The translations under genes and the position numbers were made by a program. Below the pieces are notes generated by a model. The model was given only the letters and a program-made list of their open reading frames with translations. It did no database searches and was not told the DNA's origin. A stretch of DNA of 64,000 nucleotides, taken from Bacteroidales bacterium. Lineage in GTDB: Bacteria; Bacteroidota; Bacteroidia; Bacteroidales; VadinHA17. Position 1 is the stretch's first letter, and each line of letters begins with the position of its first letter. Shown here in pieces: positions 29,003 to 38,768 of the stretch. The DNA lies in contig DAOSAY010000001.1 of NCBI GenBank assembly GCA_035360515.1, positions 135,341 to 199,340 of the forward strand, in the 5' to 3' direction.

Positions 29003-30028
29003 ATGAAAATCTTTTATAAACCTAATTATTTATTCATTTTCACTGCTTTTTCATTTTTCTTGATGGTTTATAGCAGTGGATGCAAAAAAAAGGATAATCC
29101 AGTAAAGTTTCCCATGGGAATTTTTCCTGATTCGCTATATAACCTCTCAGGGCTGAATTCGGAATATGATGATTACAACCTAAATCTGTATTCAGTTTCG
29201 GGTACACATCCGGTTATTTTTTCAAGCAACAGGGGAAGCAAGGGAGGGCAATTTGATTTTGTTCAGGGGGTAATTTCGTTTGATTTCGATAAAGAGACAG
29301 GTAATTTTGTGCTTAGCAGCGATATTACGTCCGATATATATTATGCGACTATCATAAATAAAGCTAATACAGCTCTCAATGATTTTGGGCCTTACAGCTA
29401 TTTCAGTTCGAGTGACGGCTATGAATATATGATTTATGCATCTGAAACAGCAGACAACGGCCTTGATCTGTTTTATGTCAAAAACCTGCCACGTTTTGGG
29501 AATAATGCACCAAATGTTACAGGGCCTTTCCCGATCACGGTAATAAACACTTCATTCAACGACAGTTATTTAACTTTTGATTTTAACGGCGACTCAATTT
29601 ATTTTTGTTCTGACAGAGACGGGAATTACGATATATATGTTTTGAAAAGAAACGCCGGGATTGTTACCGATCTATTTTTTTCTGGGGCTCCCGAACTGGC
29701 AGTAAAAGTTGACAGTATCAACAGCAGTTTTGACGACATGGCTCCATATATTTATATGAATATCATGGTTTTTGCATCGAACCGACCGGGAGGGTTAGGC
29801 GGGTTTGATTTATATTATTCAGTTTATAAAAACGGTAAATGGAGTTCTCCTTTCAATCTTGGGCCATCTGTTAATTCATCACACAATGAATTCAGACCAG
29901 TAATAATTTATAATAAAGATTTTTCTAATCAGGCGATATTATTTTCATCCGACAGACCGGGTGGAAGCGGAAGATATGACCTTTATTTCACAGGTTTCAA
30001 CCTACCCGTATCAAGGGTTATTTATTGA
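29003..30028 (+). CDS. TolB-like (PD40 beta-propeller repeat) lipoprotein
   Basis: 341 aa with lipobox VYSSGC. Four PD40-like repeats: FSSNRGSKGGQFDF, FCSDRDGNYDIYV, FASNRPGGLGGFDLYY and FSSDRPGGSGRYDLYF. Confidence 0.7.
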   Translation: MKIFYKPNYLFIFTAFSFFLMVYSSGCKKKDNPVKFPMGIFPDSLYNLSGLNSEYDDYNLNLYSVSGTHPVIFSSNRGSKGGQFDFVQGVISFDFDKETGNFVLSSDITSDIYYATIINKANTALNDFGPYSYFSSSDGYEYMIYASETADNGLDLFYVKNLPRFGNNAPNVTGPFPITVINTSFNDSYLTFDFNGDSIYFCSDRDGNYDIYVLKRNAGIVTDLFFSGAPELAVKVDSINSSFDDMAPYIYMNIMVFASNRPGGLGGFDLYYSVYKNGKWSSPFNLGPSVNSSHNEFRPVIIYNKDFSNQAILFSSDRPGGSGRYDLYFTGFNLPVSRVIY

Positions 30029-30033
30029 TTTCT

Positions 30034-30903
30034 TTAATCTTTCAGACTTGCAGCCAGAAGGGTATTTCTTAAAAGTGATACTCTAGTCATAGGACCAACT
30101 CCACCTGGAACTGGAGTAATATATGAGCACTTTGGAGCAACATTTTCAAAATCAACATCACCAACAAGTTTCCAGCCCGATTTTGTTTCAGGTGCTACTA
30201 CTCTGGTGGTTCCGACATCAATAATTACAACGCCCTCTTTTACCATATCTGCTTTAACGAATCCGGGGGATCCTAGTGCTGCTATAAGTATGTCGGCCTG
30301 TAAAATAATATCTTTAATGTTTTCTGTTCTACTATGTACTACAGTAACGGTGGCATCTATCCCTTTCAGAGAAAGTAGAATACTTACTGGCCGGCCAACA
30401 ATATTACTTCTTCCGACTACAACGCAATGTTTTCCTGCAGTTTTTATTCCTGTTCTTTTTATCAGTTCAATTATCCCGAAAGGAGTAGCAGGGAGGAATG
30501 AGGGGATACCCAGAACCATTTTTCCAACATTAACCGGATGAAAACCATCTACATCCTTTGAGGGATCTATGGATTCAATTATCTTATTTTCTGAAATAGT
30601 GTCAGGAAGAGGAAGTTGTACAATAAAACCATCAACCTCATAATCGCTGTTGAGTTTTTTTATATTATCAATCAACTCATTCTCCTGAACATTTGAGTCG
30701 AATCTTATAAGAGTTGAATTGAATCCTACCTCTTTACAGTCTTTTATCTTGTTTGAGACGTAAATTTCACTTGAAGGGTCATTTCCAACGAGAATAGCCG
30801 CAAGATGTGGAATTTTAAGACCTCTTGATTTTCTTTTATCCACTTCAGCTGCTATTTCCCTTTTTATTTCAGCTGCAATTTTTTTACCGTCAATTATCTG
30901 CAT
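30034..30903 (-). CDS. folD: bifunctional methylenetetrahydrofolate dehydrogenase / methenyltetrahydrofolate cyclohydrolase
   Basis: 289 aa. [35 protein letters not shown] and [12 protein letters not shown]. Confidence 0.92.
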   Translation of the reverse strand: MQIIDGKKIAAEIKREIAAEVDKRKSRGLKIPHLAAILVGNDPSSEIYVSNKIKDCKEVGFNSTLIRFDSNVQENELIDNIKKLNSDYEVDGFIVQLPLPDTISENKIIESIDPSKDVDGFHPVNVGKMVLGIPSFLPATPFGIIELIKRTGIKTAGKHCVVVGRSNIVGRPVSILLSLKGIDATVTVVHSRTENIKDIILQADILIAALGSPGFVKADMVKEGVVIIDVGTTRVVAPETKSGWKLVGDVDFENVAPKCSYITPVPGGVGPMTRVSLLRNTLLAASLKD

Positions 30904-30914
30904 TATGGATGAGT

Positions 30915-32237
30915 TTATCTCCTATTAATAAGTTTTGCCGGATTACCGCCTTTGGCTATGGTTTTCATCATTTTTCGCATCTCATCAAATTGTCTTAAAA
31001 GTTTATTCACTTCAGGTACTGAAGTACCACTTCCTGCAGCTATTCTTTTGCGTCGGCTTCCGTTAATAATATGGGGATTGCTTCTTTCCTCCGGGGTCAT
31101 GCTCTGTATAATGGCTTCAATTCTTTTGAAAGCTTTATCATCTATGTCGAGATCTTTAATTGCTTTTCCCACACCCGGTATCATGCCAATCAGATCCTTG
31201 ACATTACCCATTTTCTTAATTTGCTGAATCTGAGTCATGAAATCGTTAAAATCAAACTGGTCTCTGGCTAGCTTCTTCTGTAGTTTACGGGCCTCCTCTA
31301 TATTGTATTGTTCCTGGGCTTTTTCAACCAGTGTCACAATGTCTCCCATGCCCAGAATTCTGTCAGCCATTCTTTTCGGATAAAATATGTCAATAGAATC
31401 GAGCTTTTCTCCTGTGCTGACGAATTTTATCGGTTTATTGACTTCGGCCTTTATTGACAGGGCTGCACCACCTCTTGTGTCGCCATCCAGTTTTGTTAGT
31501 ACCACGCCTGTAAAATCGAGGCGTTCATTAAATTCCCTGGCTGTGTTCACAGCATCCTGGCCTGTCATTGAATCGACCACGAACAATATTTCAGCAGGTT
31601 TGATTGCATCGCGTATCGATGCTATTTCAGCCATCATCTCTTCGTCAATTGCAAGTCTTCCTGCAGTATCGAGTATCAGTACGTCATAACCTTTAAGTTT
31701 TGCCTCCTTTACTGATTCGATGGCTATCGATACGGGGTTTTGGCCAGGTTGTCCTGTATAAACAGGTGTCTGAATCTGATTTCCTATTATTTTTAGCTGC
31801 TCTATAGCTGCCGGACGATAAATGTCACAGGCAACAAGCAAAGGTTTTTTGTTATGTTTATTTTTAACCCACTGGGCAAGTTTCCCGCTGAATGTTGTTT
31901 TGCCAGAACCCTGTAAACCGGCAATAAGAATAATTGCAGGATTTGCTTTAAGGTTAATGTCAGATTTTTCTGACCCCATCAGTTCAGCCAGTTCATCGTG
32001 GACGATTTTAATCATCATCTGCGACGGATTGACGGCGGTCAGAACCTGTTGGCCAAGAGCTTTCTGCTTAACTGTGTCAGTAAACTGTTTTGCAATTTTA
32101 AAATTGACATCTGCATCTAGCAATGCACGCCTTACATCCTTAAGGGTCTCAGCAACATTTATTTCTGTTATTCTCCCCTGACCCTTAAGGATTTTAAATG
32201 ATCTCTCAAGCCGTTCTGTCAGATTCTCAAACATTTT
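30915..32237 (-). CDS. ffh: signal recognition particle protein
   Basis: [18 protein letters not shown] is the canonical Ffh N-terminus. The GTPase motifs are [14 protein letters not shown] and TKLDGD, and the M-domain is Met-rich. The start is trimmed to Met26 of the track ORF (30915..32312), which removes the overlap with argS. Confidence 0.92.
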   Translation of the reverse strand, partial: KMFENLTERLERSFKILKGQGRITEINVAETLKDVRRALLDADVNFKIAKQFTDTVKQKALGQQVLTAVNPSQMMIKIVHDELAELMGSEKSDINLKANPAIILIAGLQGSGKTTFSGKLAQWVKNKHNKKPLLVACDIYRPAAIEQLKIIGNQIQTPVYTGQPGQNPVSIAIESVKEAKLKGYDVLILDTAGRLAIDEEMMAEIASIRDAIKPAEILFVVDSMTGQDAVNTAREFNERLDFTGVVLTKLDGDTRGGAALSIKAEVNKPIKFVSTGEKLDSIDIFYPKRMADRILGMGDIVTLVEKAQEQYNIEEARKLQKKLARDQFDFNDFMTQIQQIKKMGNVKDLIGMIPGVGKAIKDLDIDDKAFKRIEAIIQSMTPEERSNPHIINGSRRKRIAAGSGTSVPEVNKLLRQFDEMRKMMKTIAKGGNPAKLINRR

Positions 32238-32256
32238 ATATTCATTATAAAAGGTA

Positions 32257-34044
32257 CTACATTCTTTCAGGCATTTCAATACCCAGAAGCCCCATTGCTT
32301 CCGAAAGAACAAAAGCGATTCTGTCGGACAACATGAGTCTGAAATTTCTTGTTACAGGATCTTTCTCCCCCAGAATTGTATAATCGTGATAATACTGATT
32401 AAATTCCTTCGCCAGCTCATAACAGTAATTTGCAATATTAGCCGGATTATAAGTCACTGCTGATTCTGTGACGGTTTCTGAAAATTTTTTAATCAGTTTA
32501 ATAAGTTCTATCTCTTTTGCATTTGGTTGTGCTGATTGCAAAAGTTCGGGGTCAGGATCTATTTTGTTCTGTATTGCCTTTCGCATCACCGATCTAATTC
32601 TGGCATAAGTATACTGAATAAATGGACCTGTGTTACCGTCGAAATCAATTGATTCGGAAGGGTTGAAAAGCATATTTTTCTTTGGGTCAATTTTAAGGAT
32701 GAAGTATTTTAAAGCTCCAAGTCCAACTTTCCTGAAAATTTCATTCTTTTCTTCTTCAGAATAACCATCCAGTTTACCCAGTTCCAGCGACACATCCCGT
32801 GCTGTATTTATCATTTCTTCAATCAGGTCGTCTGCATCAACAACAGTCCCTTCGCGTGATTTCATCTTCCCTTCCGGAAGCTCAACCATGCCATAGGAAT
32901 AATGTATTAAGCCATCGGCCCATGCAAAACCCATTTTCTTTAATATAGCTTTCAAGACCTGGAAATGATAATTCTGCTCATTACCAACAACATAAATGCA
33001 CTTATCAAATTTGTAGTCATTATGTCTTACAACAGCAGTACCTATATCCTGGGTTATATAAACTGCCGTTCCGTCTGACCTGAGAAGTACTTTATGATCG
33101 AGTCCGTCGGCAGTAAGGTCAGCCCATATGGAGCCATCTTCTTTTTTGTAAAATATTTTATTATCAAGAGCTTTCAGAACAAGTTCTTTTCCATCTTTAT
33201 AAGTATCTGATTCATAATAAATTTTATCAAAGTCGACACCCAATTTTCTATATGTCTCATCAAACCCCTGATAGACCCATGAATTCATCATTTTCCATAT
33301 CTCAACGGTTTTTGTGTCGCCGGCTTCCCATTTTACAAGCATCTCTCTGGCTTCAATGATTATTGGAGCTGTTTGCCTTGCTGTTTCTTCGTCAACCCCC
33401 TGTTTCATCAAAGCTTCAACCTGCTTTTTATATTCATTTTCAAACAACACGTAGTATTTTCCAACAAGATGGTCGCCTTTCATGCCTGAACTTTCGGGTG
33501 TTTCACCGTTCCCCCATTTGAGCCACGCGAGCATTGATTTGCATATATGAATACCCCGGTCATTTACAATATTAGTTTTGATAACATTATGACCGCATGA
33601 TTTCAGTATTTTGTAAAGAGAATATCCAAGAAGATTATTTCGTATATGCCCCAGATGGAGAGGTTTATTGGTATTGGGGGAAGAGTATTCCACCAGTATA
33701 ATTTCGGGTTTTGCAACCCTGCAGGGTAAAAAGATGTCATCCAGGAAACAGAAATCTTTGAAATAATCAGCCCACCATTTATCGGAAATCTTCAAATTAA
33801 GAAATCCTTTTATTACATTGAATTCAGAAATAGCCGGCAAATTGTTAATAAGGAAATTACCAATATCTTCAGCAGTCTTCTCAGGGGTATTTTTCGAACA
33901 TCGTATTAATGGAAAAACAATAAGAGTATAATCACCATTAAATTCTTTTCTGGTTTTCTGAATTTGAATCAGATTTAAGTCAACATCCTTGTTATAGAGT
34001 GACCTTACAGCTTCCGCTATTTTGTTCCTGAGAATATATTCCAT
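32257..34044 (-). CDS. argS: arginine--tRNA ligase
   Basis: 595 aa. The class I HIGH motif occurs as SSPNTNKPLHLGHIRN, with a MSTREG-like KMKSREG and a C-terminal anticodon-binding DALR region. Confidence 0.92.
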   Translation of the reverse strand: MEYILRNKIAEAVRSLYNKDVDLNLIQIQKTRKEFNGDYTLIVFPLIRCSKNTPEKTAEDIGNFLINNLPAISEFNVIKGFLNLKISDKWWADYFKDFCFLDDIFLPCRVAKPEIILVEYSSPNTNKPLHLGHIRNNLLGYSLYKILKSCGHNVIKTNIVNDRGIHICKSMLAWLKWGNGETPESSGMKGDHLVGKYYVLFENEYKKQVEALMKQGVDEETARQTAPIIIEAREMLVKWEAGDTKTVEIWKMMNSWVYQGFDETYRKLGVDFDKIYYESDTYKDGKELVLKALDNKIFYKKEDGSIWADLTADGLDHKVLLRSDGTAVYITQDIGTAVVRHNDYKFDKCIYVVGNEQNYHFQVLKAILKKMGFAWADGLIHYSYGMVELPEGKMKSREGTVVDADDLIEEMINTARDVSLELGKLDGYSEEEKNEIFRKVGLGALKYFILKIDPKKNMLFNPSESIDFDGNTGPFIQYTYARIRSVMRKAIQNKIDPDPELLQSAQPNAKEIELIKLIKKFSETVTESAVTYNPANIANYCYELAKEFNQYYHDYTILGEKDPVTRNFRLMLSDRIAFVLSEAMGLLGIEMPERM

Positions 34045-34220
34045 AAAATTTGTAAATTCAGCGGCAAATATAATTCTTTTATGCTTTTGCGGGAAAGTAA
34101 AAATAAGTTTGGGCCATTTAAACCTTAATCTTTACCCATTTTAGGTGAAATGCATAAAATATTTGACAATTGTATTATTTATTTTGATAAAGGTTTTATC
34201 TGACTATATAAAATAACTTT

Positions 34221-34228
34221 ATATTTGG
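34221..34228 (+). promoter_or_regulatory. -7 promoter box (TATATTTG) upstream of the DUF1987-like gene
   Basis: An exact TAnnTTTG match about 44 nt upstream of the ATG at 34272. No clear -33 TTTG lies at the expected spacing. Confidence 0.35.
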
Positions 34229-34271
34229 ATTGTAATAATTAAAAATTTACCGGTTTTTTATAATCCAAGTA

Positions 34272-34730
34272 ATGAAAGAATTAAAAAATCTTTACAAAGA
34301 GCCAACTTCAAAAACTCCCGAAGTAGATTTTGACTCATTAACAGGCAATCTTATCCTGTCAGGAAGGTCCATACCTGAGAATGCAACCGATTTATATGAA
34401 CCACTATACAACTGGATAGTGGAGTATGCAAAGAATCCCAGACAGGTGACAAATTTAAGGCTCAATCTTGAGTATTTTAACACAGCCTCTTCGATATGGC
34501 TGGCCAAAATTGTAAAGGTTTTGAGTCATGTGGATGATCCTGATAAAATACTCTATATTCATCTCTATTTCAATGTGGAAGAATTTGACAATATGGAGAC
34601 TGAAGACATTAAGGATGCAATCAGTCCGGTAATTGATGTCCTTGGCGGGGCTACAATCAGCATAGGAATAAAAATATACGGTACCGACGAAAAAGGGGAA
34701 ATCATAAAAGAGTCAATGGTTCTAGTTTAG
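34272..34730 (+). CDS. DUF1987 / SiaC-like partner-switch phosphoprotein family member
   Basis: 152 aa. The pattern T.KTPEVDFD...G.L.LSGRSIPEN....Y.PL..W..EY......L.L.L.YFNTASS matches the DUF1987 (SiaC) N-terminal and core pattern as I remember it. Confidence 0.6.
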   Translation: MKELKNLYKEPTSKTPEVDFDSLTGNLILSGRSIPENATDLYEPLYNWIVEYAKNPRQVTNLRLNLEYFNTASSIWLAKIVKVLSHVDDPDKILYIHLYFNVEEFDNMETEDIKDAISPVIDVLGGATISIGIKIYGTDEKGEIIKESMVLV

Positions 34731-34803
34731 AACAATCTTTTTATCTCAAGGATTTTTCATTTTTTTCTAGTAATTTTAATACCAAATTTAACCGCGCAGC
34801 GAT

Positions 34804-36309
34804 ATGCGATTTTTGTGTATTATATTAATATCAACACTATTTACAATGGAAATGTTTTCCCAGAGTAAAACCGGAGATCGTCAACCTGCTGCAGCAGGAA
34901 GGTTTTATCCGGCAAGCCGTGAAACTTTGCTTCGCGATCTCGAGCAAATGTTTGCATCATGTGATAAGTATCCAGAAAAATTAAAGGTAAGAGCAATTAT
35001 TGTCCCCCACGCTGGTTATATTTACTCAGGTAGAACGGCAGCTTCAGCATTTTCGACAATACCAGCAGATAGTAAATTCAAAAACATTTTTCTTATCGGC
35101 TCAAGCCATATTATGGCATTTGAAGGCGCCTCGGTTTATTATACGGGAGATTTTTTAACTCCTCTTGGAAAGATTACAGTAAATAAGGAAATTGCAGAAA
35201 AACTTCGAAAAGAGCACAGCGTTTTCAGGTTTCAGGAAAATGCTCATTCTCAGGAACATAGCCTTGAGGTTCAAGTTCCATTTATCCAATATTATTTCAA
35301 GAACCTTCAGCAAATTGTGCCAATAATTATTGGAACAAATAACAAAAATACCATTAAAACTATTGCCGAAGCTTTAAGACCATGGTTTACTCCGGAAAAC
35401 CTTTTCATTATCAGCAGTGATTTCTCCCACTACCCACCATATAAAGAAGCAAAAGAAGTGGATAATGCCACAGCTGATGCGATAGTATCAAAAGATCCTG
35501 AATTGTTTTTAAAGACTCTCTCACAAAACTCATCAAAAAGAATTCCGAACCTTGCTACAAGTATGTGTGGCTGGACTTCGGGGTTGATGCTTCTCTACCT
35601 TGTGAACAATGACCCGAACCTTGTATTCAAAAAAATAAGTTACTGTAATTCTGGCGATTCACAGTATGGCAATAAAGAAGAAGTTGTGGGTTACCACGCA
35701 ATAGTCCTTGCAGAGGTTCAGAAAAATAAACAACCAGCCGGTAATCAGTCGCAGGAAATGCAGTTTACACAGGAAGAAATTGACCAGATGTTCAAGATTG
35801 CCAGAAATTCAATTGCCACAATGCTTAATGAACACCGTAGACTTGTATTGAATCCTTCAGAGATTCTTCCGGGACTGAAGAGAAACCTGGGAGCTTTTGT
35901 TACTCTCAGAATTGATGGAAAACTAAGAGGATGTATTGGCAGATTTGTTTCGTCAGAGCCCCTATACGAAGTCATAAACCAGATGGCAATTGCATCGGCT
36001 TTCAACGACACCCGTTTTATGCCACTGACAAAGGAAGAATTCAAGAAAATTGAAATTGAAATATCTGTGCTTGGTCCTCTTAAAAGGATTAACAACATTT
36101 CCGAGATTATACTCGGAAAACACGGCATTTACATCAAAAAAGACTTCAGATCAGGTACCATGCTTCCGCAGGTGGCTACAGAGAATAAATGGACAGTTGA
36201 GGAGTTTCTTGGATATACCTCCCGTGAAAAAGCTGGTCTTGGATGGGATGGATGGAAAGATGCAGAATTATACGTTTATGAAGCACTGGTGCTTGAAGAA
36301 AAGAAATAA
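34804..36309 (+). CDS. fused AmmeMemoRadiSam system protein B (Memo-like) / protein A (AMMECR1-like)
   Basis: 501 aa. The N-terminal half has Memo blocks AAGRFYP, IVPHAGYIYSG, IISSDFSHY and SMCGW. The C-terminal half has AMMECR1 blocks GAFVTLRIDGKLRGCIGRF and GIYI...RSGTMLPQV. The first 20 aa are signal-peptide-like, but Met15/Met17 are alternative starts. Confidence 0.85.
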   Translation: MRFLCIILISTLFTMEMFSQSKTGDRQPAAAGRFYPASRETLLRDLEQMFASCDKYPEKLKVRAIIVPHAGYIYSGRTAASAFSTIPADSKFKNIFLIGSSHIMAFEGASVYYTGDFLTPLGKITVNKEIAEKLRKEHSVFRFQENAHSQEHSLEVQVPFIQYYFKNLQQIVPIIIGTNNKNTIKTIAEALRPWFTPENLFIISSDFSHYPPYKEAKEVDNATADAIVSKDPELFLKTLSQNSSKRIPNLATSMCGWTSGLMLLYLVNNDPNLVFKKISYCNSGDSQYGNKEEVVGYHAIVLAEVQKNKQPAGNQSQEMQFTQEEIDQMFKIARNSIATMLNEHRRLVLNPSEILPGLKRNLGAFVTLRIDGKLRGCIGRFVSSEPLYEVINQMAIASAFNDTRFMPLTKEEFKKIEIEISVLGPLKRINNISEIILGKHGIYIKKDFRSGTMLPQVATENKWTVEEFLGYTSREKAGLGWDGWKDAELYVYEALVLEEKK

Positions 36310-36315
36310 CAGATA

Positions 36316-38748
36316 ATGTATCATGTAATAAGTACAGGGACTGCAGTTTTTGTATTGTATCTGATATGTCATTTCTTTTATAAGTCAGGTTTTCTCTCCC
36401 TTGCCGACCACCGGAAAATATGGAATCTAATATTAGCGGTAACATTTATCACAACCGCATCAGCAGGTCTCATCCTGGCTCTGAAAGTAACATACAAATG
36501 GGAAAACAGTTTCTTTGACTCCCTGCTCAGATGGCATGTTGAGACAGGTATAGCGTTCTCTTTTACAGGGATAATTCATTTGCTGTGGCACCTCACATAT
36601 TTCAAAAACCTGTTCACTTACAAAAAGACGCTAACTGAAGAGATTCCTGTTTACAAACAGTCATATACTTCAAAACATTTTGCCGCCAATCTGTTCTTTA
36701 TAGGATATCTGAGCTCTTCAGTACAGTTATTGCTGATGAGAGAAATACTTAACATTTCAGGTGGATATGAATTGATAACAGGGACCTTTCTCGCATCATG
36801 GCTTATAAGTTCTGCAGCAGGCTCATATTATGCAGGAAAATCATTATTTAATAACCTGAAAAGAATAAATACTTTTTTTGCTATCAGCCCTATTCTCTCT
36901 CTTATAATGATGATCCTTTTCCACAGATTATATATCAACCCTGGTGAAACACCTTCCTTTCTTACAAGCATAATATTTAACATCCTTGTGCTTTTCCCGT
37001 TCTGCTTTGTTTCTGGATTTGTATTTATTAAAGTATTGACGGCCGCAAAACAAAATTATATTTATAATAGTGGTAAATCATTTTCAATAGAGACAACAGG
37101 AGGAATTGCGGCAGGACTTATTGTTACCCTGCTAACATCAGGCATCCTAAATACATATCAGATCCTGGCAATTTCTGTAATAATATTCCTGCTGTTTCTC
37201 ATAATGATGTATTTCAAACCTGATTTTAATATCAGACTAATTTCAATAGCGGCAAGTATTATATTAATACTTGTTAGCATCTGGCAGGGTCCAGACAAGT
37301 TTTTCAGACAGATTCTTCTAAAAGGAATAAATGTAGAATCTTCTTCCGACACCCCTTACGGCAACATAACAAAAGGAATATATGAGTTAGAGGAATCAAC
37401 ATACTATAATCACCGTATTATCAGATGGAAAAACGATGAAATTGAACGGGAGGAAAACATACATTATGCGATGCTTCAACATGATAACCCAGAAAAAATA
37501 CTCCTAATTTCAGGCGATCCATCCTCATGTATAAATGAGATTCTGAAATATAATGTGAAAAAAATATATTACGTTGAAAGAGATCCTGAACTGGTAAGAA
37601 CCTTTATGACTGAAAATTTTCCCGGCAAAGAAATAATGGCTATACAAAATGTTGATGCATACAGTTTTATCAGAAAGACCCACGAAAAATTCGATATTGT
37701 AATTATGATCCTCCCTCCCCCATCAACAATCCTTCTTAACCGGTACTATACAAAAGAATTTTTTGAAAATGTTAAGAAAAAGCTTAACGATGGGGGAATA
37801 TTCGCATGCACACCCGGGTCAGCTGAAAATTACTATAACTACCAGTCGGCATCATTGTATTCGGTAATTTATAATACTCTGGCATCTGTATTTAAGAATA
37901 TCCTTCCTGTTGCAGGTAATAAATTATATTTTATATCGTCTGATAATGAGCTGAGTACAAATATTTGCTCTCTCCTCGAAAAAAGGGGAATAAAAAATAT
38001 TTATGTAAGCTCCGATTATCTGGATGATGAATTAATTAAAATGAAATCCAATGAGATCCTCTCCATAATTGATTATAAGACACAAATTAACACTATTAAA
38101 CGTCCTATTGCATGTTTTCACTTTCAGTCATATAATCTGACTCGAGACCTGGGGAAAATTGTTCCTGCATTTGTTATTATGCTTATCCTTTTCTTCCTTC
38201 CTGTATTTACAATAAAACCCGTGAATTTTCCGATGTACTCTGCTGCAGCATCATTAGCTGGATTTGAAATATTAATCCTGATGTCCATTCAGTCATCGGC
38301 AGGTAATATTTACCATTTGACCGGACTTGTAATTGCTGCAATAATGGCCGGACTTTCTGCAGGTGCATGGATAAAACCTTTTTTCCCGGAGAAAAAACAT
38401 GTAAAATATTCCATGTTAATACTATTGACTTTTTATTTAATTACTGGAGTTATAATAAACAGGATAATTTTAATGAACAGTCCTGCTGTAGCAGTTGCAA
38501 TTTTACTAGTAATAAGTTTGATACCTTCGTTTATTACAGGTTCCATCTTTAAGGTCATGACTGAAACAGAGAGTACTAATCAAACACCTGCAGGTGTGTA
38601 CAGTTCCGATCTGGCAGGTTCTGCCCTCGGATTTATAGCAATATCTGGGGTTACGGTTCCTCTTGCAGGTTCCCTAAATACAATGCTGATAATATCCGGT
38701 TTAATCTTCATAGGATTTATATTTGCATTAATGTTTCAGAAATATTAA
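36316..38748 (+). CDS. polytopic membrane protein with embedded spermidine-synthase-like (class I SAM-fold) domain
   Basis: 810 aa with many hydrophobic helices before and after a soluble ~270 aa region. That region aligns by eye to SpeE: DTPYGNI..., EKILLISGDPSSCINEILKY.VKKIYYVERDPELV, DAYSFI....KFDIVIMILPPPS and YTKEFFE.VKKKL..GGIF. It starts 6 nt after the preceding gene. Confidence 0.7.
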   Translation: MYHVISTGTAVFVLYLICHFFYKSGFLSLADHRKIWNLILAVTFITTASAGLILALKVTYKWENSFFDSLLRWHVETGIAFSFTGIIHLLWHLTYFKNLFTYKKTLTEEIPVYKQSYTSKHFAANLFFIGYLSSSVQLLLMREILNISGGYELITGTFLASWLISSAAGSYYAGKSLFNNLKRINTFFAISPILSLIMMILFHRLYINPGETPSFLTSIIFNILVLFPFCFVSGFVFIKVLTAAKQNYIYNSGKSFSIETTGGIAAGLIVTLLTSGILNTYQILAISVIIFLLFLIMMYFKPDFNIRLISIAASIILILVSIWQGPDKFFRQILLKGINVESSSDTPYGNITKGIYELEESTYYNHRIIRWKNDEIEREENIHYAMLQHDNPEKILLISGDPSSCINEILKYNVKKIYYVERDPELVRTFMTENFPGKEIMAIQNVDAYSFIRKTHEKFDIVIMILPPPSTILLNRYYTKEFFENVKKKLNDGGIFACTPGSAENYYNYQSASLYSVIYNTLASVFKNILPVAGNKLYFISSDNELSTNICSLLEKRGIKNIYVSSDYLDDELIKMKSNEILSIIDYKTQINTIKRPIACFHFQSYNLTRDLGKIVPAFVIMLILFFLPVFTIKPVNFPMYSAAASLAGFEILILMSIQSSAGNIYHLTGLVIAAIMAGLSAGAWIKPFFPEKKHVKYSMLILLTFYLITGVIINRIILMNSPAVAVAILLVISLIPSFITGSIFKVMTETESTNQTPAGVYSSDLAGSALGFIAISGVTVPLAGSLNTMLIISGLIFIGFIFALMFQKY

Positions 38749-38768
38749 GTAAAAAACAGGGAGGGAAT

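Noticed and set aside
29084-29091. An A8 homopolymer right after the lipobox Cys codon of the TolB-like lipoprotein gene (TGC AAA AAA AAG), as a possible phase-variation tract.
   Set aside because: It simply encodes Lys-Lys-Lys, which is common after lipobox cysteines in AT-rich genomes. The tract is short for slipped-strand switching, and I have no population data.
32238-32312. A 25-codon N-terminal extension of Ffh that overlaps the 3' end of argS.
   Set aside because: The canonical Ffh N-terminus (MFENLTERL...) begins at Met26. The extension has no homology value, and trimming it removes the overlap.
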